In this document: positions 1-12,351 of the stretch, piece after piece | Layout of the letters: each line of letters starts with the position of its first letter | How positions within the stretch are numbered: position 1 is the stretch's first letter | NCBI GenBank assembly: GCA_973895155.1 | Contig: OZ316896.1 | Span: forward strand, 23,145,722 to 23,209,721 | Source of the DNA: Marsupella aquatica | Lineage: Eukaryota > Plantae > Marchantiophyta | Length of the DNA stretch: 64,000 nucleotides | Reading direction: 5' to 3' | Notes under the pieces: model-generated | Database searches by the model: none | What the model saw: the letters and a program-made list of their open reading frames with translations, nothing else | What the model was told of the DNA's origin: nothing | Translations under genes and position numbers: made by a program

Positions 1-678
1 GTAAATCTTCATGTCAGTGTGATGGTGCGCCATTTCCAGAATTTTCCAGAGGGTCATGTCGATGATAGGATTCGCTTCTCTCAAACACCGTACTGGATTA
101 TAATTATAAACCAATGACACGGAGTGAATGATCATAATTATGAAAATGAAGACCGATCATTCTTCGATCATTCCTACACGAGTGTGCCATAATGACGCCA
201 AAACACACATCAAGTAGGTGGGCATGGGCTCCCTATTCCAATGCATTTAAGTGCTGCCCCTGTACTGAGACATTAATGCATAAAGCACAGGAGAGTGGGC
301 TCAGGGAATCAGGGATGGTCACACGACAGTGAGGATTCGAAAGTAAACGAGGTTTGCAAAGCTTGATTGGCAAATTATCCGTGCTTAAGTTCTTTCATGT
401 GCACATGCATCGAGCCTGGTAGAGAGGGGCAGCTGAAAATGCCTACGTCACCTAATCTGAGTCGCAAGCACAATCATCGTGCTGATCATGATCACCTACT
501 CTTACTAATTAAGGCGTCCTAACCTGGATGCGTTCATCAGTTCATGGCCTTGATCATAATCTCAGTGGAATTCAGGTCTGCAGCACACTAAATTCATGGC
601 CTTGATCATAACCTCAGTGGATTTCAGGTCTCCGGCACACTAAATTCATGGCCTTGATCATCACATCAGCGGATTTCA

Positions 679-1059
679 ATTCAGCACGAAAAGCAATCTC
701 GAGGCTCATAAAGAGCCTCCTGTACCGGACTGCCCACATTCCCTGCCCGCTGCCCGTGTTTGTTGCGAATGGTGACACTATTTTTTTAAGTGTCACTAGG
801 GTTTGAATGAACCCCACTTTTGGGTGGGGTGATTGTTAAAAGGATCATACATAACTTGCCAGGATTTGACCCCCCCACCTATCACTTCCCACTCAGACGC
901 TCTACCATCGAGTCCCTAACCCAATGATGAGCACTGCCGTTCGCATATAGTATTTACCCTAATAAAAGCGTCGGTTACAGCGGGCAACAGGGGCGTACGC
1001 ACGGGCTAATCATTGCTAAGAAGCATTGATTAGTCTCGATATTGCTTTTCGTCCTTAAT
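679..1059. mobile_element. Non-autonomous TIR DNA transposon (ATT...AAT family), copy A, 381 bp
   Basis: Imperfect 25-bp TIRs ATTCAGCACGAAAAGCAATCTCGAG / CTCGATATTGCTTTTCGTCCTTAAT; perfect 8-bp TSD GGATTTCA (671-678, 1060-1067); the host tandem repeat reconstructs the empty site. Confidence 0.9.
838..956 (-). promoter_or_regulatory. tRNA-like Pol III cassette inside copy A (TATA-like box, A box, B box, T4 terminator)
   Basis: Minus strand: TAAATACT (956-949), A-box-like TCGATGGTAGAGCG (~911-898), B-box-like GGTCAAATCC (871-862), TTTT (841-838). Confidence 0.65.
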
Positions 1060-1550
1060 GGATTTCAGGTCTACAGCACACTAAATTCATGGCCTTGATC
1101 GTAACTTCAGGTCTCCAGCACACTAGCTTAATTCATGGCCTTCATCATAGCATCAGTGGAATTCTGCGTCTGGTCTCCAGCACACCAAATTCCTATCTCG
1201 TACTTGTGTGAATACTATTCGTGCCTGTGCAACAAAGACCTGGTACTTCTTTTCTAAGTATGCGTTCATTCAATAGGTACAGGTTGAGTGCAAAAGCCCC
1301 ATTGGTCAAGCATCGCGGCAATAAATAGAAGCCAAGCTAGTCTTAGCATAACGAGATCAGTGAGCTCTATAGGCATGTACTGTACATTTCTAATTTCTTA
1401 ATTTTTGGTCACTACGTAAATGTATTTATTTATCATATTAAGTGATAAAATAAAAGTTAAAACAGCTTTTATAACAGTCAGCCAATCGTGAGGTCACGTA
1501 GGGTTTTCAAAAGGACACATCCTCCTTCAAGATGTGATAGCCTGCTCTCA

Positions 1551-1894
1551 ATTCACGACCAAACTCAAGCTCGAGGCTCATTAAGAGCCTCCGTACCTAG
1601 CTGCCCGCATACAAGCCCGGGCGAGTCAAAAAAATTCTAGTGTCAATAGGGTATGAATGAACCCCACTTTTGGGTGGGGTGAATGATAAAAGTTTCCTGT
1701 GCTGAGAGGATTCAAACCTGAGACCTCCCCTGCCCCACTGAGCACCTCTACCATGCAGCCCATAGGCAGCTGGTGACCATTTCGAAACGCGCCCAGTATT
1801 TAACTTAATTCTCACGTCACGGGAAGTGGGCAGCGGACAGCTTAGTACGGGCTAATCGCATTGATTAGCCTCGATCTTGAGTCTCGTCCCTAAT
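1551..1894. mobile_element. Non-autonomous TIR DNA transposon (ATT...AAT family), copy B, 344 bp
   Basis: TIRs ATTCACGACCAAACTCAAGCTCGAG / CTCGATCTTGAGTCTCGTCCCTAAT; perfect 8-bp TSD TGCTCTCA (1543-1550, 1895-1902); shares hairpins GAGGCTCAT(A/T)AAGAGCCTC and ACCCCACTTTTGGGTGGGGT with copy A. Confidence 0.9.
1688..1802 (-). promoter_or_regulatory. tRNA-like Pol III cassette inside copy B
   Basis: Minus strand: TAAATACT (1802-1795), A-box-like GGCTGCATGGTAGAG, B-box-like GGTTTGAATCC (1718-1708), TTTT (1691-1688). Confidence 0.65.
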
Positions 1895-3390
1895 TGCTCT
1901 CATCAGTAAACTCAGAGAGACATTTGTGTATTAATTTGATTGGTCACCTATAATGGCCAATATACCTAATTTTTCCACACTTGTGTACTGAGATTGGTGG
2001 CATATAATTGTAATGGTGAACCCTATATGTAGCCTAATGTTTGTGCCTTGCAAGTCTGTCATTCGGGACGAATTGTTGTTTGTGTTACAATTGATTTCAT
2101 GTATATGTCCTCCTATATGTCTCCAAATATTGATATGAATATAGGAAATGCAGGCAAGGTGAGCAAGTGTTACCTTAAAGTGTCACTCGCGCTCTGTAGT
2201 CACTTGTGTCATCTATGCAATATGATGTTGTGGTTGAATGTGAAAATGTCATTGTGAATTGGTTCGGTGACTCCCACTTTAAAAGTTTTATCATATTGGT
2301 TGATAATATTTACCACCTCCCTCATATGAAAGCCTTGAGTTCCAACAAGTCTAATTCTAGTTTCATGAAGAATTGAAATAGTTGTGATTTCCACAAATGA
2401 CTCCCATTACTCACTGTCAGCATTTTGACATTTATTATCTTTCTTGATATCAAATGGAATCTGATGTGTTTTGGGTTGACTAGGAACTACTTGGAATTAG
2501 TTTGTGTACCCCTTGGCTCCCCTTGGCTAATTGACAGCATGCTTATCACAAGCAGTTATCAAAATCAGGTCTTTTCGCTACATGCTACCAAATTCTCAAA
2601 CTACTAGAGTAAGAATTCAATCTGTGGCAAGTCCAGTTGCAATTAGATGAATGTCTGATCAAATAAATTGTATCAGTTTGTTGAGTTCAAGTTCAAACCA
2701 TGGCTAGCAGTTTACCTTAATTGCAAAGGGCCAAACATCTTACTCCATGTGCCAATTACCCTTTAACAAGGAAATTATCAAATTACTTATTTGTCATTAT
2801 TTACTACATGAATAATACTTTGTAAATATTTGATTTTAAGTTTTAAAATTGGATAAGTAGCTAAAATGGTTACATAGTAACAATTTTAATCATCTTGCTC
2901 TTTGGGGGGCTCTTTGCATTTCTAATTTTTTACTTTTCTTTTTATGGCATGGCGTCCCAAAATTTACACCCAAATGGCACAAACACGAATGAAAACTATA
3001 AGTTTGATTCACAAAATTGATAAATCTTGTTTGTTGCGGTTGTTGTTGACGTGACACACTGTGGTTCCAGGAATTTTGGAAGGGACATCTCATGGGGTCC
3101 GTAAAGATCTTTCCTATGAGCCTAATATGGCCAGATTTCATTGAGAAGAAAGGGGCCTACAATTTTCTGAAGATGAGGGTGTCATTTTCTTTCACATTTC
3201 ACTAATTGGTGTAATATCTACTATACAAGCAAAAAATGAATGTTTTGCTGCAGTCCATTTGGGTTACAAAAGTCTCTCCTAGCATTTTGGCAAATATGAC
3301 TATCCACCAAGGCTTCAGATTATGTACCTCTTTGTCATCTACATTGTTCAAGTTAATTAGTGTTATGCAAAATTACCTTCATTTCCTTGA

Positions 3391-3740
3391 TACTGTTCAC
3401 CGTAACTAGTATTAGTAAAAAATTAGTATTAAATTGATTTTGCTAAAAATGATTTTGAGTCCAAATAACACTAATTTTTGTAGGTTTTTCAGAATAGTTT
3501 TTCTCCACTGTTGCTAAAATTGCTAGTAAAAATGGATCTTGAATTCAAAGTAACACTAATTCTTGTGAATTTTTCAAAAAATAGAATAAATTAATGTTTA
3601 TCTCACCCTTGCACAATAACACTAATTCATGTGCAAGGAAATAGTGTTAACACAAAATAGTGTGACTGACTCTAATTTGTGAGTGGACCCTACAAATTGG
3701 GCTCTCAAATTAGTGTTAGTGATATTATTACACTAGTGTA
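3391..3740 (+). mobile_element. Degenerate end of the CACTG element family
   Basis: TACTGTTCACCGTAACTAGT matches the TIR of the 45198-46200 element and is followed by several AACACTAATT-type subterminal repeats; no second TIR found. Confidence 0.6.
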
Positions 3741-4307
3741 GTTCTTTTCTTCTTTCAATGACAGGAGGGTAATCCCCTCTTTTGGGGGGAACGATGCTAC
3801 TACTCGAATGCTGGACTTTGCATGATTTGAACTTTCAAGACTGCCACATTAATATCCTCCTGAGCAGAATGTCTACTCTTCAAGGCCGGGCATGTAATTG
3901 TGCATTTCTGCCCTTAGCCCTATCCAAACACTAATTAAACAAAAGGTTTTTGTAAACACTATCCACTCATATCTGACGTCATGTATTCTCTTGGACCGAG
4001 AAGCACAATCTCTACACGCAAATTATTATGAAAAGTGACACTAGTTACGATGCAGGTTTGGCAAAACACTGTACAATTTTTAAAAAATAAAATAAAATAA
4101 AATTACTGTACAATTTGCATGATTGACAAATTATTATGAAAAGTGACACTATTTAAGATGCAGGTAGGAGTGGCTGGCAATACAGTTTATAAATTAATCT
4201 GCATGATTGGCTGCTCAAAAGTAAGACATAATGTTTAGCTGTTGATAGGGGTGTTAGGCTTCGGCATACTATTGTTAAAGTATGCGGAAGAAATAGAGAG
4301 ATAGTTT

Positions 4308-4534
4308 GATGGACCCCATGAGTGATGATGGACCCTTGATGAGTTTTGATGGACCCTTGATGAGTTTTGATGGACCCTTGATAGACCTTAAATCAAGGAT
4401 CCTAAAAACTCATAGGGTCTCATAGGTCCCACTTCTCAATTTAGGGGTCCATCTAGTATTTCCTAAAATAAAGGATCCTAAAAACTCATAGGGTCTCATA
4501 GGGTCCCACTTCTCAATTTAGGGGTCCATCTAGT
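4308..4534. repeat. 21-bp tandem repeat (GATGGACCCTTGATGAGTTTT) followed by a ~63-bp direct duplication
   Basis: About 4 short units at 4308-4385; AAGGATCCTAAAAACTCATAGGG...CCATCTAGT present twice (~4395 and ~4470). Confidence 0.8.
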
Positions 4535-5420
4535 GTCTCTGTGCATTCACTCAGATGGAGTTGGTTCTTCATGAGAGTCCTTGCCTCCTTATTTGCTGGC
4601 CTGGTGTAGATTTTCCAGCGGATTTCATTTCTAGGGATGGCCTTGCAGTTGGTTCAATCACCCCACATCCGACCTTCTAAAATGTTTATAACACTTCCCA
4701 TCTCCCATCTAGGTTGCGGTCCCTATAACCATGGAGCCTCTGGCTTTCTGGCCCTTCCGTTTACCTGGGCTTTTCCTTTGTCCCCCCACCCCCTTTATTG
4801 GGTCTCTTGCCTCTGGAATCCCATTTACATGTCTGGTGCTTTTTGTTCTTTAGCAGTGATATACATATGACTTGGAGCTCATTTAATCCAAGACTGACAA
4901 TTAGACTCGTTTCTCTCACTGGACCAATGTCTTTGTGTCACACTTGTCTTATGAGACCTGGTGCAGGGAGTTCACTTTGTTCTACTCTGGTAAGTCCTCG
5001 AGCAGTCGAGCTCCTGCTAGGGTTTCTCAACCCACAAATTTACAGCTGCTTCTTTGTCCACCTCCAGTTCTCCTTTGTCCGCCTCCAGTTCTGGTGGAAG
5101 AGCAGCTGCTATTTCCACCTACCATCAGAATGCAGGTTCTCAGAAGGTTTCCCTCTGGAGAAAGTTGTAAAGCAAGTTGGAGTTGGGACAGTCAAAGAAA
5201 CGGTTGGAGGCCTTCTGGGTGTTCCTATTTAAGGGACCCCGCCATAAATGGATTCACAGGTAACAAGTCCAATAGGGTTTAGGGGGGTCTAAACATATTT
5301 CTATTTGCATTACAAAACAGGTTTTTCCCAGCAAGTTGCACGGTTGCTTGTCTAGGGTCAGTTTCCAGAACCGCCCCCCTTTTCAAGTTACAACATGTTC
5401 CGGATTTGTAGCAGCTTTTT

Positions 5421-5666
5421 TCACACCTCTGGATATCTGGTGTCACTCAATGTTGATGAACAAAATTATTCAATACTGAAAAGGGGGGTGGTCTGGAAAC
5501 ATCCTTTTGTGTAATGTTCGTTAAACATTCATAGCCTTGATCTTCACACCTCTGGATATCTGGTGTCACTCTATGTTCATGAACAAAATTATTCAATACT
5601 CAAAAGGGGGGCGGTCTGGAAACATCCTTTGTGTAATGTTCGTTAAACATTCATAACCTTGATCTT
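5421..5666. repeat. ~123-bp tandem duplication
   Basis: TCACACCTCTGGATATCTGGTGTCACTC...CCTTGATCTT present twice. Confidence 0.85.
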
Positions 5667-8600
5667 AAATAGTCTCAATGCAAAAAAGATGATTGGCCAA
5701 AAATAATCAATTTCTATTGGATGTGGAATTTCCTTTTCCTGCATTTGAATTAATCAGCCAATTCTCATAGGCACAAAAGAAAGTACGCACTGATGACATG
5801 CCCAAATAGAGAAATAGTCTAAAGTTTTCATAATAATGCATCGCTTCAAGTGTTATTTGCAAGGATGACGTTCTCTAGGGTCTCCCATGCTTCACGTCTT
5901 GTAACCTTTTTGGGCCAGTCTTTTGGAGCCTCCCTTTGTCACCCTGATTGCTCACGTTTCCTTGTGTAATAATATTTGGAGCCATTTTTTTTTATCCCTT
6001 TTTCTTGATTACTGTGCTCTCTTTCATCAACTCCATGATCCAGACTTTCCTGTCCTCCCTTGAGAAACTATTCCAAGTTACCCCTTCTCGATCGAGAGAC
6101 TTTGGCTCTCAAACCAATGTGTGAGCAAGTCTTGACAATTCTGGATTTGAATAATTTCAACCACTGTTCCCACTAGAAAAGGGCCCTCCCTAACTGGCCA
6201 CTCGACATTTGCCTAGGTGAATAATAGACCTACCTGCAAGCTCTCCCAATCATACTACCCTCATACCCCCAAAAAACAGTTTTTGGTGATGTCGTTAAAT
6301 TATATGAAGTCCGTTTAGATGCAGTTTGTTGTGGGACATAGATCTGGACGAGATCTACATTTTGAGCTGTACACAAAAAATATGTACTAGGGAGGTCTTT
6401 AGTAACATAGATTTAGATGAGATCTACATTTTCGGCTATAGATCATCCCTTCTTGACTACATTTTTCAGACAATTTTTTAGGAACATAGATTTGATGAGA
6501 TCTACATTTTGAGGTACACATCGTCATCTCCTGGGTAAACTAATGACCAATGAGATGACACTGATACTACAAGAATCCCCAAAATAGGATATGCTCTTTT
6601 CTATACATGATTGGAAATGAGTAGCAGAAGTTACCTAAAATATTTTGCGCAAGACCTTGTGGTCTAAAGGAACACGTGAATTGTTGGGAAAGATAAGTAG
6701 TACTGGGCAAGATGTCACTCTACCGATTCAAAGCTACATCCAAATGGCTCTTAGAGTACTACGTTGAGATTATTGGACTGGACTAGAGACGTCTGGACTT
6801 GGTGAACAATTCCATTCCATTCCAACGATTTATCAACAGAACTCATTTGATGGTTGAGATGTTTCAGCTTTACGAGACAGCTAAGCTGCATGAAGGCTCA
6901 ACAGAGCCGAATCTCAACCATGAAAAGACGAGTTTAAACTGTTCCGGATGATAAGCATGGGTGGAATTCAAGATTACTCTACCCAAAATTGGCAACTCAG
7001 CATCTTTGGGAGGGAGAGCTTTGTATGGGCCCACAAGGATACATCATGGCATGAAAGAATGGTGCAGTTAGCTGTGCAGTCAGCCGGTCTGTGTGTCGGT
7101 TGAATATCTGGAAGACTGGAGTGAATGGTTGCCACACATAAGAAGGAATATAAGTGAAGACGCAACGTCTACACTTCTTTTGCCATGAAAGATTCAACAT
7201 CCACCATTCTCATGGCAATGGTCGATGTGTGGGGTCAATTGGTAGCACTGCATGATGCTGTGTTGGAGGACTCTGTCAGCAGGCAGGGCATACAAATTCG
7301 CTTTGCTGGGATGATTCATCGACGCCATCATGGCGGCAAAGATTTGGACAAGCACAGTTCATATGATATGAAAGAGTTTGTTTATTTGAGGTACAGCAGA
7401 CAGAGGTGCCAGAACTCTTCAGCTGGATGTACTATAGAGTCTTGTTGTCTGTTGACCGCACTCTTGGCATTGTACGTACCTTAAAGTCCTTCGAGGACCT
7501 TTCTCTTCGTAATGTTGGGTCCTTTAGGGAGAAGAATGCACAATCCAATTGGTATCGGTGAACTATCAAATCTCTCCTCTACTTTTCTTAAAAACAGTAA
7601 AATAAAATATCTCTTAGGTCTTTTTAAGTGTCCGGTCATGAGTACATTATGGGCAATGACAGCCCCTAAACACTCCAGTGAAGCCTATGGAGTTATACAT
7701 ATCAACCACTAGGTATTCGGAGTACCCTCTGTTGGTTTGGTGAACAATAATCAATCAGAGAGCAACCCCTTCACTTATACGGCAAACAGATTTCAAAATA
7801 CAAGAGAGAGAGGGATATGTTCGGAGGGGACCAAAGAACTCTTCTCCCCAATCTGCGGTACTGTTTGCTGAATGGAGGTCGTGGAGACGACAGGCAAGTC
7901 TTTGGTGGAGCAGGGCGCCTGGGACCCAAAGTAGAAACACTCAGTTCGACCCTGGGCACCGGCTGCCGGCTCCAGTCTGGAAAACTTAGCTCCTGCAGGT
8001 AAAAGCAGCATAGCAAGAAAAACTTTGCCGCTGCTATAGCCAAAATGAAGTGAAGCAGCGATAGAATGGTACAGTAGTACTGTACTAGAAAAGTCGTCGA
8101 CCTGTCCATGGTTAGTGGGCGTTACATCGCTGGAAGCGACTTTCCAGGCTCCGGAAAAATGACATTCTCCCAGAGGGGACAATCATGCCCTGTGACAATT
8201 ACGCCTCAGAATGATGTCAGATCGAGAATCGACCAAGTAGCACTCATCACACCAGGAACACAATCATTCTCACCCAGAACTGCTCCTTTCTACGGGCTTT
8301 CCATCTGCCTGACAAACATGTTCCCATTTGTATGGTCGTCAATTATGGATGCGGATGGAGCGCAATCGAATTTATTGAAAAGAGAAGTGAAGAAGAATCA
8401 GTTTCACGTCGCGAGCGTTCCTTGCGGGTCCTCTTTTGGAAAGATATGCCGGGCACAGGCCGAAGTTGCCAGCTATAGACCTGCCATTAAAAGCTTTACA
8501 AATCTGGGCTGGTAAGCCTGACTTCAGATTGGGCACGAGTTTCAGCAAGCCCTCCACTATGGTCGTGGACTACAATTTCCGATCATATGTTGTTGAACAG

Positions 8601-9668
8601 AACAATTCCACTCCCGCTAAGTAACACTACTAATATCTTATCCTGATGGATGAACTTCCGGGTTTCATTAGGCCATCCCGCGAATGAACTCCGTTCTCTT
8701 GCTATGAGAAGAGAACTGGGCGCCCGACGACAATTCCTTTTTACCGACCTAGCTCTCCCACTGCAACGGTCTGGCTGACAGCTCTAAAAAGGGATCATTG
8801 AACTGGAGATCACCACGGTAGCGCAGCTGCTCAGGGACTGTACACTTCAAAACAGGAAAGTAGACTTTTGCAAAGCCAGTATAGCAGTAAGGTGATGGAA
8901 AACTGTCCTCCTTAGACGAAGGACCACGTCCTACTCAGTGCAAAGGAAGGGCACATAAGGACAGACCGTAAGGAAAGGTCCACGACTAATGTGGTCTCCA
9001 TCGTTCACAGCTGGGACTACGGCAAGATTCCCTTTGCTTACAAAACAAACCTTCTGGACTGGCGATTGGCAAGTCACATTCCTAGAATCCGCATAGGAAC
9101 TAAAACTCTTAACATCCTACACTCGTTCATGGAATCATAGAAGCTGCCTATTGTTGGAACCAATGCTGCCATAGCTCTCTGAATGCTCTATATTAATCTC
9201 CCGTCTTAGATACATAACTATGTTACAGGCAGCCACTGTCGAAGACGGATTTATCGTTTGAAGGAAATCATCGGAAACAACGCGATGACTCGTGGTAAAA
9301 TCTTGCGCCACACAAAGTGTCATGTTAGGTTAATTGAAAGGTTTAGAAAAACGAAACTCCTCCAGTGAGCATCTTTTCAATTCGCCGAAAAGCAGTCGGA
9401 GCAAACTTTGGACTCGATCAGGCTCTATTATCTCCTCAGTCCTACAATTCCGAAGGCATCCTGTTTCAGACTTGGTCGTCTCACAAAAAAGGAAGACCTG
9501 GATAGAGAAAGTTGTAGACCACTGATCATCCCCAACCAATTAGATCATGAGCAATGGCCACCTTCCGACTCATTGCAGCGCGATCTATCCTGAAATCCCG
9601 GACTGTTTTATGATGTTGGACAAAACATGGATCTAGGCGATAACCCTTCGCTGTGAGAGGCTTTTTTC

Positions 9669-12351
9669 TCATGCGGCACACTTTGGTTGAGGCTGAAGAC
9701 TACCCTGTTGCTTTGACCGGCGTTTCGTTTTGAAAAGCCGGCCCATCTCCAGTCGTAGACGCTTGTAAGTAGTTTCTAATTCAGCCACTCTGGTGTGCAT
9801 CTTCTTCAAATTCCGCTTCAGGTCTTGGTTCTGGCGTACCATGAACTCGAAATTGGAACATTCCAAGTGCACAACCAGTGACTGGCGACTCAGGCGGCCC
9901 TCTCGGTTGTAGGAGTACATGTCTTTGGAAGAGGGCTTGCACTTGATATCCTGGTAATCACTTGGGAGACAGCTATCCATGTTCGAACGCAGTTGACTTT
10001 GTTGTACCAAAACTACTTGAAGAACAAAACTTGCGGGAAACCTCGGGTTTTGCGCCACACGTTTGCAGGCATCCAGACTGAGCCTTTGAAGATTTATCAA
10101 CCTACATAGACCGGTTGCTTCGGTGATGGGCAGGTTCGGATGTGCCTGAATCACAGCCAAACAAATCCAGGCAAGTGCTTAGTGAGTGAGATTACATAAT
10201 CTGATTCAACTACTCGGGTGAATCGTGTGGATCCATGGCTACGCATGTGCCTCGCAAAGATAAACATACAGCGACCGAAACAAAGGTGAAAACTAATCTT
10301 TCTATACACTTCTCCAACAGCTTTGTAATATCTTATCCGACATAAATATTGTTTTCTCTACAGTGAACATGTGGTTGTAACGGAGGGCGCGTGGAGTGTA
10401 CAGTACCTCGAGGAAGATCTCCACAGCTCGAAACAGACCATCGCTACTATGTCTGGCTGTATCTGGTAAAATTTCGGCAAGCGCGCAAAATTTGGCTGGT
10501 TTGAGGTGGGAGTCAGCAGCTACCTCTGCTAAGTACTTGTCGATTAGCTCACCGACGCGTAGCAATGCTGTCCGCACTGGGGAGTTAACATCGTATTTGG
10601 ACGTAAACTCACCGTCGCATTTCCTTTCGGTCCGAGGGGTGCACGGCAAGGCTGACAGTGCCTCAGCTTGATCTTTGAGAAAATAATCGGATAGTCGGAC
10701 AATCAAATCGACGTCGTAAAGAGCAGAATTCCGTCGCGGAGTTGCGGGAATAAGAATATTATCCAACGTAGCCTTGTCCAACTGCACACCAACCATCCTC
10801 TCTATTCCCCTTCGGGTACTTCTGCAAGCACCGATCACTACGGCCGTCCTCAATAACCCGAACAAGGATCTGCACGATAATGATCTAGGCTCAAGATCTG
10901 ATAGAAGTTCTACTACTGTTTCAAGAACCTCAACTTGAAGTTTGGCAGAATTCTTTTGGACCTTTTCGTCGTCCACACGTCGACCAGACGTGCTCGGAGA
11001 CGGAAGATTAGAGCCACCAAATATACCATGAGATAAGAAATGAGCTGGTGGTAGAGACGATCGAAGATACTGCAGGAGGAACCTTGCAAGATTTTTGTGA
11101 TCGATGCCGTTCTTAAAGAAAGCCCTCACGACTCTCTCCATCAAGTAGACAGATAGCGAAGACAAGTCCTGGAACCACCAGTTGCCAGATATTGGGGACT
11201 TAATCGAGCTCCGCGAAGAGTTGCTCCCACTTGAAAGATTGAGATCAAGTGAGTCAGAGGAGAATGAAGGAGGATCGGAGAAGCCCGAACTGTCTGGGCT
11301 CGAACAAGCCCTGAATGCCAAAGCCTTGGCGCATCTTGGTACAATTTCGCACGTCTCTGCAATTACGAGAAACGGCTCACAACTCTTGAGTACAACAAGA
11401 GTATCGTTCCAGTTCCAAAAAACCTCGTGCTTCAAAAAGTATTCTGTCCTTCTGCATAGGTTCCCTTTCCCGTAATCTTCCGTCATTTCCAAAAACTCCG
11501 CAACGCAACGCAACATTGCTACATTAGAGAAAGTAATTGGAACATCTGCTTCGGATATACAGAATTTCGCGGCCAACTCGAAAGCGTCGACTCCTCCCGG
11601 AAAGTTTTCCAGTTTCACAGTGAGGACACTCTTGCTAGCGTCAGGATCTCTTGGCCGAATGGCGTAAGCCTGCTTCACAAGTTTCACCAGCAGCCCGCAG
11701 CGAGCCAGAAGAGGTTTCTGCAATTGCGGACAGTGAAAATAACTATCGTCAGATGATTTCCACCCGGAGGCTGGCACACACGAGTCAGCCAATGCCTGGC
11801 ACGTCTACTCAACCCTTTCTCCAGAAAATGTCAAACTAGCGGCCACTAGTTAACAAAAGAGCGACCCCCAGGAACTTCAGAAAAGAACACTAGAATCGAC
11901 AATTGGCGACCTGTAGATCACAATGCTTACACACATTGCGTGGACATTGCATGACTTCAATCGTGAGAAGGTGAAGACTTATGACCAAAACGAGTTTAGG
12001 AAGGCATATGCGGTACTCAGTAAAGGCAATGAGTACACAGCTCTCACTGCTACAGAACTCTCCACTCCAGCTATCTAGTAGCAAGAACACCGGAAGAAGA
12101 GTCTGCGCTGAAAATTAGAAGTCGCCTTAAACTGGCCTTACATATATATACACCTCTTCAAACCCGAGTCGGACGAAGTCAGTGTCAGAAGGGGACAATC
12201 TAATATATATTCGTTTAATTCACTAGTCTCAGCAAGAGATATGAAATCTTAAGCAAACAAATTCCTTACCATCTGGAGCCGGAACATTTCCTCGCCATTC
12301 ACGCAGACCTCCAAGTTACACGACAAGAGAGCCGGGTGCTTTTCGTGAACG
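9669..12351 (-). CDS. BTB/POZ and NPH3 domain protein (NRL family), spliced; exons 12351-12270, 11717-10407, 10145-9669; start exon unresolved
   Basis: CNLEVCVNGEEMF BTB start, FPGGVDAFELAAKFC, LRCVAEFLEMTE, WWFQDL, LDKATLDNILIP, YDVDL, DKYLAEVA, DGLFRAVEIFLE|AHP, LSLDACKRVAQNPRFP and a C-terminal coiled coil; GT-AG junctions keep the frame. Confidence 0.92.

Larger units (their letters stand above)
541..1190. repeat. ~52-bp tandem array (TTCATGGCCTTGATCATAACCTCAGTGGATTTCAGGTCTCCAGCACACTAAA) interrupted by a TIR element
   Basis: About 2.5 units at 541-678; the array resumes in register at 1060-1190 after the inserted element. Confidence 0.85.

Noticed and set aside
858-916. Genuine tRNA gene (also 1703-1762 and 41925-41990)
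   Set aside because: A and B boxes are present but I could not fold a convincing acceptor stem or cloverleaf; all lie inside mobile elements.
541-1190. CRISPR-like array (also 25746-25861 and 26856-27150)
   Set aside because: Contiguous tandem units without unique spacers; eukaryotic context; no cas genes.
10302-11792. 496-aa ORF as the complete NRL protein
   Set aside because: Both ends run into introns (acceptor at 11718-11719, donor at 10405-10406).
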